Assembly (NCBI GenBank): GCA_051362555.1
Contig: CM120649.1
Location: 2,480,001-2,544,000, forward strand
Reading direction: 5' to 3'
DNA length: 64,000 nucleotides
Source: Lingula anatina
Taxonomy: Eukaryota > Animalia > Brachiopoda
Positions 12,683 through 27,150 of this stretch are shown piece after piece (within the stretch, counting starts at the first letter, position 1; every line of letters starts with the position of its first letter). A model generated the notes under the pieces. The model was not told where the DNA came from and did not search any database. It saw nothing but the letters and a program-made list of their open reading frames with translations. The translations under genes were made by a program, and so were the position numbers.

Positions 12683-14340
12683 CTACAATTTAAGTAATAT
12701 AACAGACATTACCAAGCAACAGCATTTTTACCAGAAAAAGAGAGAAGAATTACAGCGAAACTTTGTGCATGAACATTATTTGTTGAACACATAATTATGG
12801 ATATTTCTGAAATTATAACTGTTATATGGGAAGGTTATGATATTGGTTTAAAAAAACTATTACTTATACGATAATGTAGGAGTGGGAAAGTAAAGTAATT
12901 CATAAAACAGTTTAATTATTTTTTTTACTCTTTTTGGCACTTTTACAGTCAAGTTATACTGCTGTATAATAAGTTCAAATCTTTTCTTTGAGCAATGACA
13001 TAGTTTGATATGTATCTTTAAAAAAAAGGACACTGCACGACAATTGATTTTTACCTTTAATGGATTAAATGTACGTGTAACAAGCTTGCACGATCTCTTG
13101 TATTATTGTAAATAAATGCTTTTAAAAATATCGTCAGTAATACCAGTATTTACTGTGAGACCAGGTATATTGTAACACTAACGTAAGCGCTGGGACATTA
13201 TGGTTTTACCTCCATCTCGCCGTGATATCCACATGAAGGCGGATACAAGTCACCGTTACCACGTACGTCTCCTCACACACTACACGTGGATTAGCTACTT
13301 GGACCTGAGGTCACACTCTTAACTTGAACTCCTAGGTTTTAGTCTCTGTCGATGTATTTGTATAGTTCGAAATGAAGCCTTGTCACATTTTTTACAAAAG
13401 TAAACAAGCAATATTTGAGTAATTCTATGATATCCCTCTTTTCATGTGCAAAAATGAGTCTGGACATTAGTTGTATTTTATTGTACAAAAAAAAAAAAAA
13501 AAAAGAAAATTCCTTGGAAGTACCACTTTTTTTTCATTTTCGCGGTAATTTTCAAGCCCAAGACCGCTGACCATAAAATTGATGGCTTGGCGTTCCGGTA
13601 TGTTTTTTTAATTTGTTAATTTTTGCATTTTAAAAGTAAAAGTTTGAGCATTCGATGACGATCGCGAGATCGTATGCTTCTTCATAAGTTGCCTTCTCTG
13701 TAACCTTCATACGCGGCCGCGTCCTCTTTCTTCGTTTTTTTTTCTTCATCGACAGCATGGTGTCGGTAATTTCCGGTATCAACTCTAAATCTTTATACGT
13801 GTGTAACAAATAAATCGCACACGCTCACACACACACGCGCGCGCGCTCATGACTTGATAAAAGTAACCTGTTCATATATATTTTTTTCTTTTCAACTTTC
13901 GATTTTCACCCTGTATAATTAACAATTTAAAGGTTGTTTCTGTTTCCACGCTTCCAAGTATTGTAGACATTGACAGGATTGTGCTGGAAGTGACGTGTAG
14001 TGGTTTAAGACGTGAAGCTGAATGGTCATTTTTAGCTAGAAGTGAAGGGAAGTGAAGACGTGGGCTCAGAGATAAAGGCGGTTTTTCCAACAAAACGGTG
14101 AGACATCATTTTTTTTTCGGGGGGGGGGGGGAGGGGGGCATTTTGGGCAGAGAATACTTGTAGAAATAATAGGCACATGTTATGAAAACGTGTTACGAAA
14201 CCTGAAGATCTAAAATCGTGCTTAATGTGCAGTCAATTTGTTTTGTCATATATGCTGTATCGGCCGACAGCGCGACAAAAAACATCAAGGGAAAATAATT
14301 CATTTATTAATTTAACCAGTATATCTTATTATGTTTCCAT

Positions 14341-14566
14341 GTGTTCCGCGTCGGGGATTAAGGTGTATATCAGCCGCGTTCCATCCTACGTGGTAGTCAA
14401 GATGCGCCAACAGAATGTCGAGTTGATCCGCAGCAGGAAGAAGTTCTATACCCAGTCCATCGATATCTCTGAAAGTAATTCAGTTAAGGAATTTCTAAGG
14501 AGACAAGAAGGGACTTCTATCGGTCCACAGCTTTTTAACGGCGTGGAATACTTTCTGACACTGTAA
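14341..14566 (+). pseudogene. Divergent SH3BGR-like exon relic
   Basis: Paralog of 662-887 with the same C-terminal deletion. Confidence 0.7.
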
Positions 14567-16289
14567 AGACTACAAGACACGCAAATGTACACGTATAATG
14601 TACTTCAACCGCCATTTTGACGAAAACCTCAAAAGATATTTGAAAAGTAGAAATGTCTGAAGTTGGACGAGCTGACATGATTGTATTATAGGGGTATATA
14701 CCGGTACATAATAAATAATAAAAAATAAATAAAATACACGGGGCGTTACCACAAAATATAACATGCCCTTAAAGCATAATACCGGGGCACATATTCAGTG
14801 TGCTGCGGATTGAAAAAAATAAAAAAATTCAATATTTTGCACCCTTTATACAAGAGAAATATTTTTTTGCAATCCAGGCTTAAATTCTTTATGCACCTGG
14901 CATTTGAATTCACATTTCCTCATATAGTGTCGCGCGTGAGCTGTTAACCTACAGGTGTATTTCCGCTGCTCGTGTGTGATGTCGCCCGTGTCACCAGAAA
15001 TGACATGCATACCAGACTGCCATTCAGCGAGAGTCCCTGTGGATTTAACTCAATAGAGCGGTAGTTTCGTTTGGAATGAGCCATTATTCAGCACATCCTT
15101 TCATGTACAGAATACGCTAAAATATCGTTTAACGCACGTGTTTTACAGTCTCGTAAGAACTGATAGTGTAAAGCGGGTACCCTCTACCAGGGCAACAGAT
15201 TGATTTTTATTAGATATTCACAGATATGTCTCTGGATTATTCATATCACATTTTTACAAGTGCACATAATTCATTTACGGCCCTGGCAGAGGGTAAAATG
15301 GGGGCCCACTATTCATGCAGCGTCGTCGATCTGTTCTGTTTCTCTACAGGTATTGTGTGAAGGGCGCAGATTGTGCTGTCCACGCTAACCTAACACATTC
15401 TGCTGTCCACGCTCACCTAACACATTCTGCTGTCCACTCTCACCTAACACATTCTGCTGTCCACGCTCATCTAAAGCATTCTGTTGCCCTCGTTCTCCTA
15501 CACAACAGCATTCTGTTGTGTAGGAGCCCCATTTTGAGCATAAACATAATGTAACGCCTTGTCTTATGATTAATACAAGATGCAGTCACTAGATGGCGGT
15601 AACATCTCAGGTCGCGTTTGGACTGATGTGACAAGAATGGTAGTCTGATAGAAACCGTAGTTCATTCCCCATAATGCTTAGGACAAATCTTTCGGAACAG
15701 GAAAATTTTATACATGAAAATTATCACACACATGCTGAAATATTTCAGCTTGTGTTTGATAATTTTCATGTATGATCCAACTACCGAGTTAATGAACATT
15801 TTTGCTCAGGAAAATTTTAGTTAACAGCTAGTGAATAGCCAGACACACCGTGTATCTAGTGTTCTGTTTAAATATCTGTGGACCTGGCGGAGGGTAGAAA
15901 CCTTGGTGATAGAGGAAAAGTTACCCAAATTTCAACGTCGGTTATTACCAATATTTATTATTATTTTGTACCTTGGACTTTTTATTTGATTTATTTAATA
16001 TTTACTTTATTTTTGTATTTTGTAATATAAAAGTTTTAAGCACATTATGTGGTCTGTGCTCAGTCCTATTATCTTTACACTTCACACTTCACCCACTGAG
16101 GATATATATTTTGTTTGGTTTCAGTTTGATGTGGTATGTGGATTATTACTAGATAAATGTTATATGTAAAAATTCCTATGATGAAAAAGCATCTATTGAG
16201 GGTTGTGTGTATGAATTCAGATTTTGGCTCACGAAAAACTACTTAGCGACTATTACCATAGATTATCGTATTTACTATGGCTCGATTTT

Positions 16290-16460
16290 TCTCCATGGGG
16301 ATTCTTGATAAATTGTAGTCAGCTAAGGCGGCTTAGATGTCCGTTACGCCTACTGAAACTGCCATGTGGTAATTAACTATCGTTTGGCAGCTTCAGTAGG
16401 CGTGCCAGACATCTTAGCCGCTTAAGCTGAAAGAAATTTAGCAAGAAACCTCCGGACATG
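16290..16460. repeat. Imperfect foldback (core arms ~46 bp, 16319-16430); duplicated at 24551-24720
   Basis: TCAGCTAAGGCGGCTTAGATGTC..ACGCCTACTGAAACTGCCA pairs with TGGCAGCTTCAGTAGGCGT..GACATCTTAGCCGCTTAAGCTGA. Confidence 0.8.
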
Positions 16461-16569
16461 GATCGGACCTATTTGATCGATCTTGGTATGGGAACCCAGT
16501 CAAACACCAAGTTTTCCAGAGACAGCAGTACACAGTATCAGAGTTGAAGATATGTTATCACAACAAGCG

Positions 16570-16830
16570 TTAAAACCAGGGTTTAATTCTCAACAATAAA
16601 TGTGACATATGACATCACACATTAACAAAGTATGTAAATCACCATATTTCAGTTGGCAACTAATGTCTAAGATTCTTCACCTTATTAACAGCAAGTAAAC
16701 AGAGCTATTCATCCATGCATTTGTGGCTTCTAGACATGATTACTGCATCACCCTGTTGTTGTTCGGAATGCCTAACTATCAAATGGGGAAAAATCAGTCT
16801 ATATAGAATTCAGCAGCTCGTTTCCACTGA
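16570..16830 (+). mobile_element. Degenerate L2/CR1-like LINE reverse-transcriptase C-terminal fragment
   Basis: Translates with frameshifts as SHINKVCKS.YFQL..IHAFVASR.DYC..LFGMPNYQ..NSAAR, resembling the HAFVTSRLDYCNSLL..QNAAAR motif. Duplicated at ~24835-25095, with a fragment at ~57440-57512. Confidence 0.7.
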
Positions 16831-18982
16831 TAAAAAATATGTATATAAGACGTTCAGATTTAAAACTTGGGAGTTCAGATTGAGATACTGAGGGAGCCCG
16901 CTCTGGGGAGCTAGGAGACGGGAGCGAGTCATGGGTGATGGTTGAGAAGTTACAGACTTCACGTAAATGATGTAGTTAAAGAGTGTCAACAAATAAACCA
17001 TTTAACTTGTCATTATGTGTCCTTGGGTTTTCTTTGAGCGACTTTACGTAAAGCTGGCACGAACCATAGAATCGCAGATTGCGTTCTGAGCCTATATAAA
17101 AGTTAAAATACCTAAAGTATACAAAAGGGTTTCATTACATATTTCTTATCAGTGTCGCAATATTTGGCGGTACATACTAATTTTCATTAATCAAATTGCA
17201 CACGTCCACTTACGTTATATAATTACAGGTAAGCTCATAAAACGAGTCGAGTGCACAAGCAAGCGACTCCAATCAAATTAATTAACAAGTGTGGAAATTA
17301 TATTGGTGAACGGTACAAAGCGATACTTTCGAGTCACGGGACCCAGTTCTGCTATCTCTTGTAACAAGTGCCTCGTGGTGGGACGAGTAAGGTCTGTTCT
17401 CACGTACACCCAAGTCTACAGTTTGTGCAGACTTAAAAAACTAGAGTTTGAAAGTATTTGGGAAGTTCCAAAACCCCATAAAATAACATGTTAGACATTA
17501 GTAGTGGCGGGCGGGTAAGGTAATAACTGCTTAATCATTGACATTCTCCTGTCTTTGTATTGAGCGGTAAACAACATGTCCTTGACCAAAATGTTATCAG
17601 ATAGCCTTCATAGAATAACTTCGCAGACAATCAGCGTCTGGGTTAATAAACTAGCCCAGTTCTGCTATCTCCTGTATCAAGTGCCTCGTGGTGCGGTGTA
17701 CAGCTCAGGTGACTACGGCTATCAGGACGAGTGAGGTGTGTTCTCACGTACACCCAAGTCTACAGTTAGTGCAGGTTTAAATGAGCCATTTAGACTATGT
17801 TCAAATGAGCCATCTACCCGTGCTTTAAATTCAACTTGATAGGCCTAATCGGCTATTACGTGGAAAATCACTTGAAACATATCTTTCGCTCATTAAACTA
17901 CAGGTTTTTTTTTCTTTTTTTAATCAAATACCGTTTAAAGCGCAAACCCATGAAACTGCGTTAGGGGATGCAATCAAAAGGGAAATCAGTGGTATTTTAG
18001 TTTATTAATTTTTACAAAGTTACTTGGCAGATAAAAATCCATATTACTTTGACGTAATATTCATTTTAATTATTAAAATAATGTCTGCAATATTTGTAGA
18101 CGTGGAAACAATCACTAACGTTTTAATTATACAGGGAAGCAATCGATAGTTAAACAGATAAGAATACTTGAACACGTTACTGATAGCCTTTATCAAACCA
18201 GGACGGTGTGTGTGTGTGTGCGTGTGTGTGTGTGTGTGTGTGCGATTGTTACACACGTTGAAGATCTACATGAGATACTGAAAACTACCGACACCATACC
18301 GAAACGTAACGGAATACGCTGTCGGTGGAAGTGGTGTCTGAACAGCAGGCTGAGCGCTAAAACAAAGATCTCAAACTGATTATACTGTGCTACACTTGAC
18401 TACATGTACGTATATCAAACATTGTCTCTTATCATGTTTACCAGATATAATTTACAGACACGTTAATATTCAATAAAATCAGGTGATTCTGTAACAGTCC
18501 ATGGGTCCAAGGAGGGTGGCGAGAGGATAATACAGAAATAAGAACCTTTTTAAACAAGACTTGGAAATTATACTATTCTGCAGTTTGTTGTTTATACAAT
18601 CATGGTACATTATATTCATAAAGGACTAAACCATGCACGAGATGCTCCATGACATACAGGAACATTTGGTAAAAATGGTCATTTGCTGTCTATAACCGCA
18701 AGAGTTGTAAATGCAGGCCAACCTTAACACATTGCCTTTGGAAGGTGATTTAAGACTCTTCGGTGCGTCAGTCATCAAAGTGTAGGCGACCCTTGCAACC
18801 CTCACCGTCCTTTGCACAGATTTCATCACACAGTCATGTGACACGGCCTGGTGTTCTTGTATATAACACAGGCGCTGCAGTGTTAAACAATCCAGTCAAT
18901 GACAGAGAATGCGCCGTTTTTAAGTGACGAGACTAATTATACAGACTTTTGGCTGTGTTCGAACCTAACTCAGTTTAAAGTC

Positions 18983-21010
18983 ATGGCATCTAAGAAGTTG
19001 TACGACGTCTTCAGTGACAATTTTCTCACGTGTCACATCTGTCTTCATGAGTATGAGGACCCGCGTGTCCTCCCATGCTATCACACTTTCTGCCTGGCTT
19101 GTCTTATCCAGCACGTAGCAGCAAGTGGGTCGGGAGGCAACATCACGTGTCCAGTGTGCCTTCAGGAGGCGCCTGTTCCACCAGGTGGGATAGAGAAACT
19201 TGTCCGTAACTTCTTTTTGTCCAAGGTGAAGGACTTCATGTTGACAACAGAGAATAAAGACAAAATGTGCGGTAACTGTGACTCACAGGTTGCTCAATTT
19301 TACTGTCAAGATTGCAGACATTTTTTATGTGAGAACTGTCGACAAAAACAGCATGACGCAATAAAAATTCTGCGGGGACACAAAATTATATCAGCGTCTG
19401 ATCACGATAAGCAAGTCCAGGAAGAAATGGACGCTAGACTATTTTGTGATAAACACAAAGGACAACAGTTAATCTTTTATAGCACAGATGACGATGTTGT
19501 TGTGTGTCGTGACTGTATTCTCACCAAACACAACAAACACAACTGTGTAGACATTGCAGATGTAGCAGAAATCCATAAAGAAAAAATAAATAGTGCCTTT
19601 AATCATTTATCTAAGAACATTGCACTGTTTGAAAAAGCAGAGTCAGAAATATCTAAGCAACAGAAAGATACAACTGACATCGTAAACAAAACGGTGGCCG
19701 ACATACAACAACAGGAGGCGGATATTATAAAAGAGGTTCAGCGTATTTCTGCTCAGTTGATAGCAGAAGCAAAAGACCACGCCGCAACGCATATGAAGTC
19801 ACTCGAGGCTGAGAAAGATCGCGTTCAACTACAGAAAGTATCCATCCACAGCACATGTGAGTTTGCCAAACAGCTTGTTCAACATGGCTCCCACTCGGAG
19901 GTGATGACACACGCTAAAAATATCCAAGCAAGGATGAAAGAACTGAACAATGTTAGGCCCATCGTACAGGTAAAAACAACAGAGATCACTTTCAGTAAAG
20001 GAAAATTTCCAGTGGACTTCTTTGGTCGTGTGAAGAAGTTAGAATGGCTAAATTCTGCATCTTTGGTGGGTGAGTTTGATATCAGTATGAACTACATGTA
20101 TGTATGGGACATATCGTGCAGTCAAAGTGGAACAAAATATTTAGTTTCTTTAATAGCAGGTAAATTTACAGCAATATCACCATCTCATGAGGTGATATTC
20201 CAGGTGTATGTACCAAGTCCCAGGGGTGTCACCGTGCTCAGTGATGACAGACTGGTGGTTACATGTGATGATGTACAGGGGCGGATTGAGGCCGTCTTCT
20301 GGGTCTTCCGGAAGATGGTCAGATTTTCAAGTTTACATTCACAGGTATCAACATTTTTCTGTCGGAAGACGGTCAAAAATGGAGGATAGGTCAACAAAGA
20401 TAATGTGGAAGACTGTCAGAAAATATCTCTGGATCCGCCCCTGGATGTATGCCGAGTGTATTCCTCCTCCGGGAGACATGTCAAAACATTTGGTCAGGGT
20501 GGCATGTCTGCGCCATGGGGTGTTACAGTGGACAACAATGGACACATACTTGTCTGTGACAAGAACAATAAATGTATCTGTGTGTATGACGCTGTGCAGT
20601 TCAATCTTATCAATAAGATCAGCGTTCCTATGTGTAATAATCCACAATACATTGCAGTGCTCCCATGTCGGGACACCATTGTGGTGAGTGACAGAGAGGG
20701 ACACTGTGTATATGGAGTGAACCCCCAGGGTGATGTAGTGTTCCAGTATGGTACACCAGGTGAGGAAGGCTCAGGTGATGGATACCTTGACTCCCCCTGG
20801 GGAGTGTGTACAGACAGCGTGGGGCACATCTTCATTGCTGACAAATGGAATCACAGGGTGGTTGTTCTGACCTCAGATGGTCAACTGTTAAGATACGTGG
20901 TGGGTCCGCAACAGGTTTCAGCACCAGCAGGTGTGGTCATTGATTACAAAGGACAGCTTGTAGTGGGGGAGAAAAGAGGCAAGGTGAAAACATTTCGCTG
21001 TGTTCGTTAA
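18983..21010 (+). pseudogene. TRIM-NHL copy 3, interrupted by a MITE in the NHL region
   Basis: MASKK start at 18983, with an alternative in-frame ATG at 18899. A 174-bp in-frame insertion (20276-20449) carries TAG at 20387-20389. B-box2 also has Cys->Ser (FYSTDD vs FYCTDD). Confidence 0.85.
20276..20443. mobile_element. 168-bp MITE inserted in TRIM copy 3 (hAT-like CAG termini)
   Basis: TIR CAGGGGCGGAT..ATCCGCCCCTG and 6-bp TSD GATGTA (20270-20275 and 20444-20449). Absent from the six other copies. Confidence 0.9.
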
Positions 21011-21902
21011 CTGCAAGTTAAGTATCAGACATTACCCAGCAACATCATTTTTACCACAAAAAGAGAGAAGAATTACAGCGAAACTTTGTGCATGAACTTT
21101 ATTTGTAGAACACATAATTATGGATATTTCTGTTAATTGTTATATTGATTGTTATATTGGAAGGTGATGATATTGGTTAAAAAACTATCAGTTATACGAT
21201 AATGTAGGAGTGGGAAAGCAAAATAATTCATTATGTACGTTTAAATTCCACACACTAACCAATTTCATGTCGAAAATAATTCATAAAACAGTTTAATTAC
21301 TAGTTTTTCACTTTTTTTGGCACTTTCACAGTCAAGTAATACCGCTGTATAATAAAGCTACAATCTTTTATTTGAGCAATAATGATGTTTCTTAAAATAG
21401 GAAAGAGTGCGACAAGTGATTTTACGCTGAATAAATCAAATGTTCATGTAACACGATTGCGCGATCTTTTGTATTCTTGTAAATAAATGTTTTTAGAAAT
21501 ATCGTCAGTAATACCAGTATTTACTATGAGACCAGCAGGAATATTGTAACACTATAACGTAAGTGCTGAGACATTATGGTTTTACTTCCATCTCGCCGCG
21601 ATATCCACATGAAGGCGGATATAAATCACCGTTACCGCGTCTCCTCATACACTACACGTGGATTAGCTACTTGGACTTGAGGTCACACTCTTAACTTGAA
21701 CTCCTAGGTTTTAGGCTCTTTCGATGCATTTGTATAGTTCGAAATGCACCCTTGTCACATTTTTTTACAAAAGTAAACTAGAAATATTTTATTAATTCTA
21801 TGATATCCTTCTTTTCATGTACAAAAATGAATTCTGGACATTAGTTGTATTTTATTGTACATAAAAAAAAAGAAAATTAATTCCTGACTCTTTCTCTCTC
21901 TC

Positions 21903-21958
<56 letters not shown>

Positions 21959-22476
21959 AATCGCAAAGAATTTTAACTAACGATCTTTACGAAGCGCCGT
22001 TTCCTTGGAAGTACCACTTTTCTTTCATTTCGCGGTAAATTCAAGCCGCTGACCATAAAACTGATGGTATGTTTTCAATTTATTAATTTTTGCATTTCAC
22101 AATTAAAAGTTTGAGCATTGACAGGATTGTGCTGGAAGTGACGTGTAGTGGTTTAAGACGTGAAGCTGAGTGGTCATTTTAGCTGGAAGTGAACGGGAGT
22201 GAAGACGTGGGCTCAGAGATAAAGGCGGTTTTTCCAACAAAACGGTGAGACAGCATTTTTTTGGGGGGGAGGGGCATTTTGGGCAGAGAATACTTGTAGA
22301 AATAATAGGCACATGTTATGAAAACGTGTTACGAAACCTGAAGATCCAAAATCGTGCTTAATTTACAGTCAATTTGTTTTGTCATATATGCTGTATCGGC
22401 CGACAGCGCGACAAAGAGCATCAAGGGAAAATAATTCATATATTAATTTAACCAGTATATATTATTATGTTTCCAC

Positions 22477-22702
22477 GTGTTCCGCGTCGGGAATTAAGGT
22501 GTATATCAGCCGCGTTCCATCCAACATGGAAGTCAAGATGCGCCAACAGAATGTCGAGTTGATCCGCAGCAGGAAGAAGTTCTATGCCCAGTACATCGAT
22601 ATCTCTGAAAGTAATGAAGTTAAGGAATTTCTAAGGAGGCAAAAAGGGACTTCTATCGGTCCACAGCTTTTTAACGGCGAGGAATACTTTGTGACACTGT
22701 AA
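22477..22702 (+). pseudogene. Divergent SH3BGR-like exon relic
   Basis: Paralog of 662-887 with the same C-terminal deletion. Confidence 0.7.
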
Positions 22703-23526
22703 AGACGACAAGACTCGCAAATGTACATGTATAATGTACTTCAACCGCCATTTTGACGAAAAACCTAACGACATATTTGAAAAAGAGAAATGTCTGAAGT
22801 TGGACGAGCTAACATGATTGTAATTTAGGGGTATATTCCGGTACATAATAATTAATAAAAAATAAATAAAATACAAGGGGCGTTACCACAAAATATAACT
22901 TGCCCTAAGAGCATTATACCGGGGTACATATTCACTGCGTTGCGGATTGAAAAAATAAGAAAATTATTCAATATTTTGCACCCTTACAAGAGAAAAATTA
23001 TTTTGCAAACTAGGCTTAAGTTCTTTATGCACCTGGCATTTGAATACACATTTCCTCATATAGTGTCGCACGTGTGCAGTTAACCTACAGGTGTATTTCC
23101 GTTGGTCGTGTGTGATGTCGCCCGTGTCACCAGAAATGACATGCATATCCGAATGCCATTCAGCGATAGTCCATGTGGAATTTAGCTCAATAGAGCGGTA
23201 GTTTCGTTTGGAATAGGCCATTATTAAATTTAAATAGATTCAGCACATTCTTTCATGTACAAAATGCAATAAAGTATCGTTCATCGCCCGTGTTTTACAC
23301 TCTCGTAAGGAATGATAGTGTAAAGCGGATACCCTCTACCAGGGACACAGATTGATTTTTTATTATTAGATATTCACAGATATGTCTCTGGCTTATTCAT
23401 ATCTCATTTTTACAAATCAACATAATTCATCTACGGCCCTGACAGAGGGTAAAGTGCGGGCCCACTATTTGTGCAGCGTTGTCGGTCTGTTCAGTCTCTT
23501 TGCAGGTATTGTGTGAAGGGCGCAGA

Positions 23527-23781
23527 TTCTGCTGTCCACGCTCACCTAACACATTCTGCTGTCCACGCTCACCTAACACATTCTGCTGTCCACTCTCACC
23601 TAACACATTCTGCTGTCCACGCTCACCTGAAGCATTCTGCTGTTCACGCTCACCTAACACATTCTGCTGTCCACACTCACCTAACACATTCTGCTGTCCA
23701 CGCTCACCTGAAGCGCATTCTGCTGTCCACGCTTACCTTATACATTCTGCTGCCCTCGTTCACCTAACACATTCTGTTGTC
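23527..23781. repeat. 27-bp minisatellite (~9 units); paralogous arrays at 1702-1812, 15371-15520 and 54833-55005
   Basis: Tandem unit TTCTGCTGTCCACGCTCACCTAACACA. Confidence 0.9.
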
Positions 23782-26482
23782 TAGGAGCCCCATTTTCAGC
23801 ATAAACATAACGTGACGCCTTGTCTTATGATTAATACAAGATGCAGTCACTAGATGGCGGTAACATCTCAGGTCGTGTCTGGACTGATGTGACAAGAATG
23901 GTAGTCTGCTAGGAACCGTAGTCCATTCCCTATAATGCTAAGGACAAATCTTTCGGAACAGGAAAATTTTATACATGAAAACTATCAAACACATGCTGAA
24001 ATATTTCAGCTTGTGTTTGATAATTTTCATGTATGATCCAACTACCAAGCTAATGAACATTTTTGCTCAGGAAAAATTTAGTTCACAGCTAGTAAATAGC
24101 CAGACACAACGTGTATCTAGTGTGCCGTCCAAATATATCTGTGGACCTGGCGGAGGGTAGAAATCTTGGCGATAAAGGAAAAATTACCCAATTTTCAAGG
24201 TCGGTAATTACCAATATTTAATATTATTGTGTACCTTGAGCTTTTTATTTGATTTATGTCATATTTACCTTATTTTTGTATTTGGTAATATAAAAGTTTT
24301 AAGCGCTTTATGTGGTTTGTGCTCAGTCCTATTCTATTTACACTACACACTTTACCCTCTGAGGATATATTTTGTTTGATTTCAATTTGATGTGGTATGT
24401 GGACTATTACTAGATAAATGTTATATGTAAAAAATTCTCATGATGAAAAAGCAACTATTAAGACTTGTGTGCATGAATTCAGATTTTGGCTCACGACAAA
24501 CTACGTAGACACCATTACCATAGATTATCGTATTTACTATGGCTCGATCTTTCTCCATGGGGATTCTCGATAAATTGTAATCAGCTAAGGCGGCTTAGAT
24601 GTCCGTAACGCCTACTGAAACTGCCATGGGGTAATTAACTATCGTTTGGCAGCTTCAGTAGGCGTGCCAGACATCTAAGCCGCTTAAGCTGAAAGAAATT
24701 TAGCAAGAAACTTCCGGAGATGGATCGGACCTGTTAGATCGATCTTGGTATGGGAACCCAGTCAAACACCAAGTTTTCCAGAGACAACACTACACAGAAT
24801 CAGAGTTGAAGATATGTTATCACAACAAGCGTTAGAACCAGGGTGTAATTCTCAACAATAAATGTGACATATGTCATCACACATTAACAAAGTATGTAAA
24901 TCACCATATTTCAGTTGGCAACTAATGTCTAAGATTCTTCACCTTATTAACAACAAGTAAACAGAGCTATTCATCCATGCATTTGTGGCTTCTAGACATG
25001 ATTACTGCATCATCCTGTTTTTGTTCGGAATGCGTAACTATCAAATGGGGAAAAATCAGTCTATTCAGAATTCTGCAGCTCGTTTCTACTGATAAGAAAT
25101 ATGTTTATAAGACGTTAGGACTTAAAACTTGGGAGTTCAGATTGAGAGACTGAGGGAGCCCGCTCTGGGTGAGCTAGGAGACGGGAGCGAGTCATGGGTG
25201 ATGGTTGAGAAGTTACAGACATCACGTAAATGATGTAGTTAAAGAGTGTCAACAAATAAAACATTAAACTTGTCATTATGTGTCCTTGGGTTTTCTTTGA
25301 GCGACTTTATGTAAAGCTGCCACGAACCACAGAACCGCAGATTGCGTTCTGAGCCTATATAAAAGTTAAAATACCTAAAGTATATAAAAGGGTTTCATTA
25401 CATATTTCTTACCAGTGTCGCAATATTTGGCGGTACATATTAATTTTCATTATTCAAATTGCACACGTCCACTTACGTTATATAATTACAGGTAAGCTCA
25501 TAAAACGAGTCGAGTGCACAAGCAAGCGACTCCAATCAAATTAATTAACAAGTGTGGAAATTATATTGGTGAACGGTACAAAGCGATACTTTCGAGTCAC
25601 GGGACCCAGTTCTGCTATCTCTTGTAACAAGTGCCTCGTGGTGGGACGAGTAAGGTCTGTTCTCACGTACACCCAAGTCTATAGTTAGTGCAGACTTAAA
25701 GAACTATAGTTTGAAGAGATTTGGGAAGTTCCAAAACCCCGTAAAATATGTTAGACATTAGTAGTGGCGGGCGGGTAAGGTAATGACTGATTAATCATTG
25801 ACATTCTCCTGTCTTTGTATTGAGCGGTAAACAACATGTCCTTGAACAAAATGTTATCAGATAGCCTTCATAGAATAACTTCGCGGACAATCAGCGTCTG
25901 GGTTAATAAACTAGCCCAGTTCTGCTATCTCTTGTATCAAGAGCCTCGTGGTGGGGCGTACATCTCAGGTGACTCCAGCTATCAGGACGAGTGAGGTGTG
26001 TTCTCACGTACACCCAAGTCTACAGTTAGTGCAGGTTTAAATGAGCCATTTAGAATATGTTCAAAATATAAATATAAACTAAATCACCTTGATTGAAATT
26101 AAACTTGATAATTGGCTATTACACTTGAATGCATTTTTTCCTTTTTTTTCCGAGGAGGAAATGAAATCGGAATATGCCCTGGATAATCTCTTTCGCTCAA
26201 TAAACTACATTTTTAAGCAAAAAAACTGTTTGAAGTGCAAACCTATGAAACTGCGTAAGGGGATAAAATCAAAAGGGAAGACAATGGTATTTTTATTTAT
26301 TTATTTTAAAAAAAAAGTTAATTGGGAGATAAAAATGCATATTACTTTGATGTAATATTTATTTAAATGTCTGCAACATTTGGAGGCGGGAAACAATCTT
26401 TGCCTTGTTAATTATACAGGGAAGAAATCGAAAGTTAAAAAGATAAAGATATATGAACAGGTTACCTTTATCAAACCAGGAC

Positions 26483-26523
<41 letters not shown>

Positions 26524-26888
26524 TTGTTACACACGTTGAAGATCTACATGAGATACTGAAAACTACCGACACCATACCGAAACGTAACGGAGTACACTGT
26601 CGGTGGAAGTGGTGTCTGAACAGCAGGCTGAGCGCTTAAACAAAGAACTCAAACTGAGTGTGCTGTGCTACACTTGCCTATGTATATCAAACCTTATCAT
26701 GTTTACCAGATATAATTTATAGAAACGTTAATATTTAATAAAATCAGGTGATTCTGTAACAGTCCATGGGTCCAAGGAGGGTGGCGAGAGGATAATACAG
26801 AAATAAGAACCTTTTTAAACTAGATTTGGAAATTATACTATTATGCAGTTTATTGTTTATACAATCATGGTACGTTGTATTCACAAAG

Positions 26889-27150
26889 CAGGGCCGTAGC
26901 CTGAGCAAAACGCCAGGGGGGAGGGGGCAGTAAGCGGACACCAGGGGGCGAAGCCCCCGAGGGCGTGTGTGGGAGGGGGTGTCCCCCTCCCTCGGTGTGA
27001 AAAAAATTTAAAAACTGTATGTATAATACTGTATTCTAATGCATTTTAATTGTTATTTATTGCTCAATCAGAAGTCAGAAATTTGTTTGTACCTCAATTC
27101 CCAAGGGGGGGGGGGGGGGGGCAGCTGCCCCACCGGAGGCTTCGGCCCTG
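26889..27150. mobile_element. 262-bp MITE upstream of TRIM copy 4 (hAT-like CAG termini)
   Basis: 14-bp TIR CAGGGCCG(T/A)AGCCT and 5-bp TSD CAAAG. Empty paralogous site at ~18615-18625. Confidence 0.88.
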
